Source: Macrostomum lignano
Lineage: Eukaryota
Length of the DNA: 64,000 bases
Direction: 5' to 3'
Assembly (NCBI GenBank): GCA_002269645.1
Contig: NIVC01001294.1
Location: forward strand, 1 to 64,000
Positions 33,320-44,292 of this stretch are shown here, in pieces. The position numbers and the translations under genes were made by a program. The first letter of the stretch is position 1, and each line of letters begins with the position of its first letter. Under the pieces are notes generated by a model. That model was not told the origin of the DNA. It saw only the letters and a list, made by a program, of their open reading frames with translations, and ran no database searches.

Positions 33320-35075
33320 GGATACAGACCGACCGACAATTGTATCAGACTCAGACCGACCATTATATCAGACGTAGACCGACCATTATATCTGGACGTA
33401 GACCGACCATTATATCAGACACAGATCGACCATTATTTCAGGACACAGACCGACCATTATATCTGGACGTAGACCGACCATTATATCTGGACGTAGACCG
33501 ACCATTATATCAGACACAGATCGACCATTATATTAGGACACAGACTATTAATTCAGGACACAGACCGACTATTATTTCAGGACACAGACCTAGGCATTCC
33601 AATCCAGGGATCTCGGGATTTAGCCTCAAAACACGGGATTTCAATCCCGGGATTTTTTGGGACTTGAAATTTCGGGATTTATGATCCTCGGGATTACAAC
33701 AGTGCGGGATTGGGATCCTGGGATTGTAAGGCTTTAATCCCGGGATTGTTTCGGGATTCAAACTGATTTTAATTCTCTTTTTTTCAACTAAAATAATCAT
33801 GTAAAATTTGAAAAAAGTTTCAACTTTAAAAAATATGAAATAATACAAATGCAGCCTGCATGTCTGTATCGAAATCACACATAAAAAGCAGCAAAATTTG
33901 TTAGAGCAGTTTGTTAAGCAGAAATTTAATGTTTTTCGTTTTCGTAATGTGTAATTTAATTTCACATGTTCGTCAGTTGCGTGATGTCTAACACTGTAAC
34001 GTGGCATTAACATGACATTCACTTTGATAATTTACACTGATATTGCATAGCTAGCTATATAACCTATATTAAAACAAGTTATTATTGTTGTAATCAATTA
34101 TTATCAATTATCTTTTATTGATAAATATTATTTATTATTATCAAGCAATTTTCTACTTCTACTTGTACAATAACTAAGCAAAGAGAAGTTTATTGCATAA
34201 ATATACCAGTTTGGACCATTAGCTATCATTATAAATATCATAATTATACTTTGTGGTCGTGGTGGAAGCTGGATGCAGATGTTTCAATACATTTGATATC
34301 GGGATCCCGGGATTTTTTTGAACTTCGAAGCGGGATCCCGGGATTACTCTCAGTCGGGATTTTCCAGGATTAGTGATCCCGGGATTTTAAACCATCGGGA
34401 TTTCAAGATGTCTCAATCCCGGGATTGTAAATTGTCGGGATTTAGGAATCCCTACACAGACCGACTATTATTTCAGGACACAGACCGACTATTATTTCAG
34501 GACACAGACCGACTATTATATCAGGACACAGACCGATCATTATATCAGGACACAGACCGACTATTATATCAGGACACAGACCGACCATTATATCAGGACA
34601 CAGACCGACCATTATATCAGGACACAGACCGACCGTTATATCAGGACACAGACCGACCGTTATATCAGGACACAGACCGACCGTTATATTAGGACACAGA
34701 CCGACCATTATATCAGGACACAGACCGACCATTATATCAGGACACAGACCGACCGTTATATCAGGACACAGACCGACCGTTATATTAGGACACAGACCGA
34801 CCATTATATCAGGACACAGACCGACCATTATATCAGGACACAGACCGACCATTATATCAGGACACAGACCGACCATTATATCAGGACACAGACCGATCAT
34901 TATATCAGGACACAGACCGACCATTACATGTATATCAGGACATAGATCAACCATTACCGGCTTTTCCCTTTTATATCAAGACACAGTTGGTCCATTATAT
35001 CAGACTCAGACCAACCATTGTAACAGGATACAAAGATCAACCATTACCGGTATATCAATCAGGACACAGACCAGC
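33320..35075. repeat. 24-bp minisatellite (ATCAGGACACAGACCGACCATTAT)n interrupted by a MITE
   Basis: Clear 24-bp period at 34460-34940; more divergent units at both edges. Confidence 0.95.
33591..34454. mobile_element. hAT-type MITE (864 bp) with CGGGAT/ATCCCG subterminal repeats
   Basis: Perfect 8-bp TSD CACAGACC (33583-33590 and 34455-34462); imperfect TIRs TAGG(C/G)ATTCC. Confidence 0.88.
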
Positions 35076-35571
35076 CAAGGGACTCTTAGCAACATTTAAA
35101 ACAAATGAGTTTATATTTTGCAAATAACAGAGACGAAATAACAAAAACGAAATGAATCATTTAATGTTTAACTTTGAATCTGAAATTAAAAATTCACTAA
35201 TGCAATAGAAACAGAAACTGTAGATTTAAGAATGTACCGAGTCATGTATTTGATTAAATCAAACTTAACAGGACAATAAATCTGAATTGAAGAGAACAAT
35301 CGCATGGGCTAAAATTCTGCAATTATGTACTACACTGGGAGAATCAAGCACGTGTCAGAGAGAGAATAAGACTGAAACCAGGCACTAAAGCGAATGTTTG
35401 AGCACTGACTGGATTCGAAAAAAATTGCATTCGGGAACAAAAACCTAAGTCAATGAACTCGCACTTAATTAGAGCACTAATAAGCACACACTATTACTAA
35501 TTAAATAGTAGTATTCAAGACATGACATTGAACTCATGTTCAATAAAATATTAGCGCAACACTGTCACAGT

Positions 35572-38500
35572 TCACAGCACATACTTGTAGATCAGATAGG
35601 CTGCCAGAAGTACGCCAATCGGGATGATGAAGCCAGTCCAGGAGCCGCCGTTGCCGCTGGCTCCGGCACCCTTGGACTCGGGACCAACAGCTGTTAGGCT
35701 GCTTTTCTTTTCCTTCTCGAGCACCTCGCCAATGAGGTACTTTTCCATCATCTCGCGCGCATCGGTGGAATGGCCGACATCTTCGAATGCCTCGGTGGAA
35801 TAGCCGCCACCTTGTTCGAGAATCACCTCCTCGCCGCCAGGATGCTTGGAATGGGTTGATGGAGATCTCAGATAATATATAAAAACTAGAACGGTAAATT
35901 AATACCTTTGCTGCCTGCTCAGACTAGTGCTACAGCCTATTCTCTCAGAGTAACTGGCTGTACAATCTAGCAAAATGTCTATTTAACAAAGGTATTTTCA
36001 ACTAACTAAAAAGCTAAGGCCTTAGAGACAAATATGGATATGAGATTTCTCAGTCTATAGACTACTTTGCATATTTAAAGGCCATAGAGCATTCTATACA
36101 ATGGCTATATATATATAGCTTTGTACAGAAATTGCAATTCATTTTTGCATTACAAAATAAACTAGAAAATTATGAAGTGCAAACATTTGCACATGCTAGT
36201 TGCCTTATAAAAAACATTTATAGTGCTTGTTTTAAAAAATGTAGGCTTTATTTTAGTATAGTTTCTAACTAAATAGGCCTATATATAGCTCTATAAGAGT
36301 TAGAAATCTGAAAAACAGATAACAGGACAACAAAGGAGCCAGAGCTAAAAGTAGACACAAGTTCAACTGGCACTAGCAGGAATGATGAGGAAAGCCCTAC
36401 CCAGTCATCCATTGAAGTGAGAAATCTGGCCTAGACAAGCAAGAACTGGCCCAGAGGGACAAAAGTCTTGGTTGGCTACAATCCCCAGTTTATGACAACA
36501 GCAGGAAGGCAAGAGGGACCTGGGGACGGCCTGGACAGATCGAGGAAGGCCCAGACCCTGCACAAAGATGGCCAGAAGAGGCTGATAAGGAAAAGTAACA
36601 CTAGACCTAATGTGCAGAAGGGAATAGAAATGGGGACTGGGATAGAACAAATTGGGGTTGCATCCCCACTTTTCACTAAATAAAAAGAGGAGTGGTCGAG
36701 CGGAGCACAATTTTGTGCTACTTCCTTCCTTCCTGCCAGGCTCAAGGCTTACTTTGATGCAATAGAATATATTAACCAATACTTTGTATTAAACAACTCA
36801 CTTGACTAAACTCTGGCAGCTCAGATTTACTTAAGACTAGCCATCTCATTTAGGCATAGCTAGTTAAATAGTAGGATATACAGTTATAATCTCCATAGTG
36901 CACCTAGATTGCAACTAGGCTAGACCTTATACCAAACCCATACCAAGTTACACGCCATGGTCAGAAAGGTGGCACAGTGTGCGCCAGAATAATTTTTTGG
37001 GACAATTTGTGCGCTGTCTATGCGACATTTATGCACCATTTGTGCATTGTCTGTGCGCCGTCTGTGTGCCACTCTTCACAAGTAGAGTTTTCTAAGAAAG
37101 GCCTTTGTACAAAAAGTCTTAAAAATCTTATGCATATTTTCATTTTAAACAAACTTAAATTATACCTACAAATAGAATAATGTAAAATTGACCTTCTTAG
37201 CGATAATTTATACTAATTTTATTTACTGTTAATTTTAAAGAAGCAAAAAGTTTAGCACTGACTTTCTAGACTATACAAATCTCAGCAATAGTGCAGTTTC
37301 ATTCGCGAAATTATTTTTCATTTAAATTTGAAAGTTCAAAACCAGAAAACAATAACAATAATAAAAATTGATGTTTTAAACCATTCTAACGATTTTGGCA
37401 GAGTTTTTAGCTCCCTGGTTGCCAAACTTTCCAACTTGTCATTGTGTTCTAGTGGCAGATACAGAGCTTGTCACTGGGCACTGTAGTGGTGGCGAATCCA
37501 GAAAAGCATGTTTCCAAAAGCTCTGTTTGCTCCAAACAGTCAGCGCCACATAAACTCCTAGATGTGGCTCTTGAAGAGGGCATTGCTTGTTCCATGCATG
37601 GCCCTGAATTTGGCTTTGCAATGCGCCCACATTCCCTTAATTGTGTTGGTATGGAAAGTCGCACCATTTGGGTCCACGAAATGGAGTCGATGGTTCACGA
37701 CACCGTGGTCTCCATGGCCACCAACTACATTCGCCACTTGGTTGTAGGCTTGCCAACCATCAGTCAAGATCCGTGTGCCAAGCAGGACAAACTGCTAGAT
37801 TATAGGAAACAGTGTCTGAGCAGACCTGTTGGGCACAACAACCATCACACACTTGGGGCTACCCCTTTCTACCATGCCAAGGACCCAATGACCCTCACAG
37901 TATGCACCCTGCTAGTATTTGCGATGAAAAAATTTGCTTTCATCGATTTCAATAGTAGTGCTAGGTCCACCAAGTTGCATTGGGTGGTCAATGAAATACT
38001 GGCAGCAAATGTCCCTGACAAAGTTGAGCCAGTCCACGGCCATATGATCGCTAACGCAACATTTGTGCATCACTGCCATCTTGGTCTCATTCCTAGCCCA
38101 GCAGTACAGCAAGGTGACAAGCTGCTGCAGTGTCAGATGACTACGCTTGAAGAAAGAGTCCTTCCTGATGCTTTGCTGACTGCGGCAAGTCTTGCAGTCC
38201 TTCTACGCAGCCATCTACGAAGCGCGACACTGCAGGTTCATGGGGGTCTGGGCTAGATAGGAGCATGTATGTTGGTTGCCGATAAGCCCAACCTTGGCCA
38301 TCCAGCGCATTGTATCCTCTAGCGTTGCCGTGGCAACCATCAGGTTGCACACATTTAGCTCTAGTTGCAATAGAGCATTCTTTGGCAACACTTCATTCAG
38401 CGGAATTATCCACGAGGGTCTTGGTGGTCGTCTAGCCATGATACAATATGTTGTCCAAAAGAAAAAGCAGATATTAGCAGCTTCTCAGCTAAAGGGAAAC

Positions 38501-39815
38501 AGTTCAAGCCCCCCTTACTTGAGCCCCTTTCAATTTTTTAAACTATTTTTTTCCATAGACAAGTTGCGTTTCAAGTAGCATTTGAGTGTGGCACAGATTT
38601 AATGAAAAAGTATATTAATAGAGCGCCCATTTGCTTTAAAGTTCCGTGACTAGTGAGCACTGGCACAGTCACTAGAATGGTTTAAAACATTGTTGTTATT
38701 GTTTTCTGCTTTCGAACTTTCAAATTTAAAGAAAAATTAATTTCGCGAACGAAACTGCACTATTGCCCAAATCTCCTTTATTTTACATAAAATTGTTAAT
38801 TTGCATTACAATTTTCATGCATATAAGGGACCTTATATGCTGCAATTATGCGCCACATGCGCTAGGAACCTCAGTGTGTGCTATGATTGTGCACTGCATG
38901 CGCCAGGGACCTTAGTGTGCACCATGGTTGTGTGCCAAATGCCCCAAGGACCCCTTGTGTACGCTGGAATTTTCTATGGCAAAGGCCACCTTCCTGACTA
39001 TGGGTTACACGTAAAGTATAGGAGCTTATAAGCTCAAAGCCAACTATAAGAGCATGAGAAATGGAAGTTCCAGGCTCTAAGATAAGGAGATTTTTCATAG
39101 GGATTGATTTTGTCAACCTAAACTTGAATAAAGACATAGAGACCTATTCAAGATTAGGTATTTATATATATTATTTAGTCTATAAAAATAATAAATAATT
39201 ATAGATATTAAATACATATAGTTAAGCTAACAAAGTCTATAGAGTTCAACAAAAAACAGCAGCACTTTGTTTTGCATTTCTTACATTATATTTTTATATT
39301 GGATGCCTAGTGTTTATTAAAAATTTTCAAACTAAACCTAAAAAATTATAATTTTGTTTTTGATTTTAATATCTAATAATGACTTTATAATAGTTAGATA
39401 TAATAGATAAACCTAGGTGAAATCTATTTTTTACTTAAAATAATTTTTAGGCCCCTGTATTTTTTCAATAGCTAGCTCTTTCAATTAGGTCTTAAACTTG
39501 AAGTGTTTTGATATGACATTTATTGTTGGCTAAAATAACTATGAGCTGAGCAATGATAATTTCTGTTCTTATTTTTAATCTTAGGCCTACTCCCAAATGT
39601 GACTGTGACATTTAGATTTATCTTTTTAATTTCGATAGGCCTAGTATCATATCATCTAGTCCTACTCATGATTCATGAATAATTTCCAAAAATGGTCTTA
39701 CCTCTGTTAGAAATTTTGTAACATCATAGACTTTGTCATGTATTATGATCCAACAGCTCTCTGGTGTTTTGTGTTCCTCAACTTCTTTTTTGGATATCTG
39801 GCGCAAGATGGACAT
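35572..39815 (-). CDS. CYB5: Cytochrome b5, tail-anchored, 128 aa, 2 exons
   Basis: Exon 39815-39702 ([38 protein letters not shown]) joins exon 35844-35572 (HPGGEEV...[11 protein letters not shown]...C-terminal TM); both heme-ligand His present; phase 0. Confidence 0.93.
36950..37283 (+). repeat. Copy B of the 7400-7930 family, interrupted by the Merlin element and resuming at 38776-38830
   Basis: TTCACAAGTAGAGTTTTCTAAGAAAGG...AAACAAACTT matches copies A and C. Confidence 0.75.
37284..38767 (-). mobile_element. Full-length Merlin (IS1016/ISXO2-like) DNA transposon, inactivated, in the cytochrome b5 intron
   Basis: 8-bp TSD CAAATCTC (37276-37283 and 38768-38775); ~100-bp TIRs starting (G/A)GCAATAGTGCAGTTTC; motifs [38 protein letters not shown]; internal stops. 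Confidence 0.93.
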
Positions 39816-42034
39816 TTTTTTGCAAAACAATAGAAGTAAGGTTAGTTATGAATTATGATATTCGCTAGCTTTAGCCTACAGAAATGCTGTACACTAGCTA
39901 GAATTAAGGCTGCAGGAAAAGGTAAGTATTTCTCTTACAAAGTACAATGGCAAATGCAAAAATACTGTATTGAAAAACACACCCGATTATAATAAATGGA
40001 ATGGAATACTTTAATTTTTAAAGAACACGTAACTCGTTCTTCATCTAAAATTTGCGAAACGTAGTGGTCGAGTGATTTTAAAATAGCACATATTTAGGAA
40101 ACGTAAAATAAAATGTGTAAGTTTTTAGAAGTGTTGGAGTACTTTTAATACAATTGCTGAAAGCATAAAAATGAGAAATAAATTTTACTGCAAAGAAAAT
40201 AACTATCACGTTATGCTTTGTTTTTCTATACTTTTTTCACATTAATATTAACTTTAATCTAACCTTAAAAGCTGCTTGCAAGCTATAAGTCATTCAGCAG
40301 CTTAAGGTCCTCATTAGTACTTACGAAAGTCGTGGGGTTCAAACTTGGCGTAATAAAAAAGACCACTCTGGACTTTCACATAAGAAAATCTCGTACACAT
40401 GTATAATTTTTTTACCACTTGCAGCTTAGCTATTACACTTTACAAAATAGAAAGTTTTTACTTGTATTTGCTCTTTTGTTGATGATTTTTATGTGATCTA
40501 CAGCTTTTAAACCATTTAATGCGATGAAATAGATGGTGTTGCTTTGCTTTGTAATTTCCATTTTTAGTTTATCGTAAAGAAGAGATTTAATGGAATGAAG
40601 GCTAGCGTGATGTTTTAAAACTCTAATAGTACAATCTGTACAATTTGTAGCAATTGCATATACTTGACCAGCCAAATGGAATTATTTAAATTCTCCACAA
40701 CGGCGCAACAGGTCGCTTGGACGGATCAGGCAGGTGTGAGTGGCGATAGAGTGGCCGTATGGTATTTGCATGGTAACTCGCTCACCACCAATCTACTGCA
40801 TGTACATTTAGATCTTGCTCTTGGAACGCAGAACGCAGCAGGGCCAGCGTCGCCATGTCAACATCATGCTGTTTGAGGTTGTTTCAGCGTCAAGTCTCTA
40901 GTGCTCTTGGGTCAGGACGTTTTAGGCCGGCAGGATGATCTCGATCGCGTACATAATGTATAGTTAGCTGCATGGAACTAACGCAGTCCTAACAGCTGTA
41001 CTCTATATTGGATGTCTGGTAGGGCCTCGGACTGCAGTCAGGACTGCAACCCTCACAGAAAGAAAAGCAGCCCAGGTGGTACATGTACAAGTACAAGTAA
41101 GCCCCTCTCCGGCGGACGCCACAGGTCCTTGTGGGTGGGGCGTTGAACCAGACCGAGGACGAACTGCTGCCAACGCGACCTTCGATCTGTACTAATTATT
41201 TTCCGTCAGTAAATAAAAGCCTCGATGTCGTCCATCACGTAAAACACAATTTATTACAGTCTTCCGCGGCACAATAACTGTCGCAACAATAACCAGTCTG
41301 TCCAGGCCAGCTGTCGGTGGGGCGTCAAGCGCGCTGATCGCTGTTGTCTTTCCACTGGGCGTCGATCCACGCGACACAAAAAATTAAACGGAAAAATTGA
41401 CTGCTTGTAAAAATGATGAATGATGATTAAAATGTATAATCTTACATGTACAATAAGAAGTGTAAAATATTTATTATATTAAAAATAATATTTATTATCT
41501 ATATAATAATAAATAATATTATCATATTATACTATTTGTTTCCTTTATTATATTTCTATATTTATATTAATAGAGCTTTTTGTCTCGAAAATTCGGATTC
41601 TTTAATTCTGAATGTACATCATGCGTACATGTCCTGCGCCCAAAAACCATAAACTTTTTTTACAGAATGTTAACTAATATCGAGCTAGTTATAACAAACG
41701 CTATAAAGATCAACAATCATTTTTGTGCTTAAAAACGAAAACCTTCATTCTCGTAATGTACGATTTTTCAATCTGCGTTCTAAAATTTTTCACGAAATGT
41801 AGTTTCCCGTCATTTTAATTAAGTACTCCTTGGCTCGTACATCTCTATAAAATGCCATCACACAGTAAAGGCTGAGGCTGTTTCTGTAAGAGGGTTGAAA
41901 AATCGTTTCAAATAACCTTCAGATTAACAAAACAGGGCGGAACGACACCCTTTAGATTTTTAGCTCTTTTTTATAACTACGCTCGTAATTAATTGATTTC
42001 GAACACTTCAGCTCGGATAGTTTTGAAATGAGAG

Positions 42035-43922
42035 TTAAAAGCAGGGGTCGACGGTTCTGTCTTCAATTTGACTTCCACTCTCTGCAGTCGCGGAGGCTGT
42101 CGCCGCTCGCAGAAGTGCTTCCGGCCTTCGGATGAACAACTCAAGCCGGGCCGCTGCGGCCAGACGCTCGCGTCTGGTCAGGCCTGCCAGCAAGTTGACG
42201 CGCACGTTGAAGTAGTGCGACAGCTGGCCCTCGGTCACGCGGTTGCGCAGTCGCGCCAGCAGCCTGCCGGTGCACTCGGCAGAGTCCGCCAGCTGCCAGG
42301 CAGGCCGGCCATGCGACAAGCCGCTGTCGACCTCAGCGTCGGCCAGCTCCAGCAGGCAGTGCTCGACTAAGGCGCGCCTGTCGCCGAGTTCGCGTCGGCA
42401 CAGCTCGAAGACGCCGCGGCAGACTCGCATTCGCAGGCCTCGGTCGGCCCGGGCTAGGGAGGCCAGCACGGCCACCTCTTGCTTCGGATGGCGCAGCGCC
42501 CAGCGACAAGCTTTCAGGGGATCCTCGGCGTCCGGCGTTGATGCTGCAGCAATTGGCATGCCGCTGGATGTCCCTGGCGGCGCGGCATAGGCGGAGTCGT
42601 CCACATTGTCCCCGCTGCTGCCTTCGCTACTCATGCCGCTGCAACTGTCGAACGGCAGCCGCAGAGCCGGCGTGAAGCGCAGGTTGATTTTGCGAGGACC
42701 GTCGGCTTCGTCCACTATCGGGGACTGCGGCTGCTGAAGTGCAGCAGCAAAGCAGCCAGGGAAACTACTTTAACAAAATTGCACGCGAATAATATACAGT
42801 GCCGAGATAGGAATCAAGTACTCGTTTTTAATTTGACATCCCTGGTTTTTGATTCTTTGATTGATATAAAGGTTGGTACCATTTTTTCAGGTCCAAAGTC
42901 GAGATATACTGACAATGACCCAGCATGGTTTTCTATTCATTGCGGCTATTGATTGAACTTCTAAGAAACGAACTTTTTATGCTTCCAAAGTCGTCCGTGA
43001 AGATAATAGTACATCAGAACGAGATTAAAGAAGGGCAATAATTCTTCATTGTAATTCTGTAATTCTGTAATTCTGTAATTCTGCAATTATGTAATTCTTC
43101 ATACCTCGTCATTGACAGAGTCTTCATCTTCAGCTGCCTGCAAAGGAAATGAGAACGACACGAGCCGTTCGCATGCGTCTGTCTGCGGCTCGGCAGAGCC
43201 CCCGGCCTCGTTGATGCTTCGCAATTTCAGCTCCTCCTCGGCCTGAGAAAATCCCGGCCAAGCCTCGATTGCCGCGCGGACTGTGCCGTACTCCCTGTCC
43301 AGCCGGACATTGTGCAACACTAGTGAGTCTGCGTGCTCGGACGCGACCTGCTGGAGCGCCTGTCTCACCAGCCTCAGGGTAGCCTTGAGAGCGCAGCCAG
43401 GCGTCAGAAACTGACTGTCGGGCGGCTTCAGATGGTCCAGTGGGTTCTTGTCAGAAGCTCCTCTTTTGTGCTTCTTTTCTTTGCTCTGTTTTGCTTTATT
43501 TTCTTTTCTGCCAACGGACTTCTTAGGCTTCGGAGCTTCTTTGCCGGTCCTTCGAGATCGCAGCTTCGGCACCGCCGCTGCCTGGCTCTCCAGAACTCGG
43601 ATGACCACGAAGCCCGGGTCCTCGATGGAGAACTGGAGATCAGCAGGCACCGCTTCACGGGGGCCGATCGGCTGCTTGATTGGCAGGAAGATTTCGCAGC
43701 ACTCTGCTTCTCCCCACACCAGATTGCTGGCGCTGGAGGACACGAACGGCTGCTCAAAGCAGATCCGGTAGGGGTTCTTGTGCAGCCGGGCGTGCAGCTC
43801 CCGGCAGAGTTTGTCCACGCAGGACCGGTTCGCCAGGAAGCTGGACTCGCTTCTTTCATGTCGAATGGCGGATAAGCTCGGTCAAGGGACTCGGAGCTCA
43901 CTTCAGAACCACTGGAGTCCAT
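42035..43922 (-). CDS. Mab-21/cGAS-like nucleotidyltransferase-fold protein with degenerate active site, ~500 aa
   Basis: Exon ~43922-43105 (one apparent 1-bp frameshift near 43880) and exon 42733-42035, phase 0. Motifs DPGFVVI, TPALRL, WALRHPKQE, WQLAD and LSHYFNVRVNLL match the Mab-21 C-lobe pattern. Confidence 0.72.
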
Positions 43923-44292
43923 ATCAAGTCGATGTTGAACGTCAAAACTGTCCTTTTTGGTTTGCAGAAAAATTTGGAATCAGATTGAAGAAATAACGAA
44001 AATCGTTTTGAGTGCATAAAGTAAAAGTATTATAGGCGTAGCTGGCACAGAAGCAGTAAAAGTTGTACCTTCAGTCAGACTAAAAGAAGATAAGCAAATG
44101 TTTTTACGCTTTTTTGCACTCACGGGCTCTGCAGCCAAACAACCGCCAAACACGCAGAGCTGCAAATATTTGAAAAGATTTGTCCCATAGCATATAGCAC
44201 ACAAGCCACGGCGTAGGGCATTATCGCATAACAGACGAACCTGAGGCCGGGAAAGATTAGCTAGCCCCATTGGCTCTTAATAATACTAACTT

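Noticed and set aside
32986-34954. ORFs with DTDRPLYQ / MVGLCPDI repeats
   Set aside because: Read-through of the LTR and the 24-bp satellite, open on both strands.
40660-41380. GC-rich stretches that might be exons
   Set aside because: No recognisable protein or consistent splice model in any frame.
21545-43922. FReD + innexin + cGAS-like gene as an immune signalling cluster
   Set aside because: The genes are dispersed among unrelated loci, the cGAS-like protein looks inactive, and proximity alone is not evidence in an animal genome.
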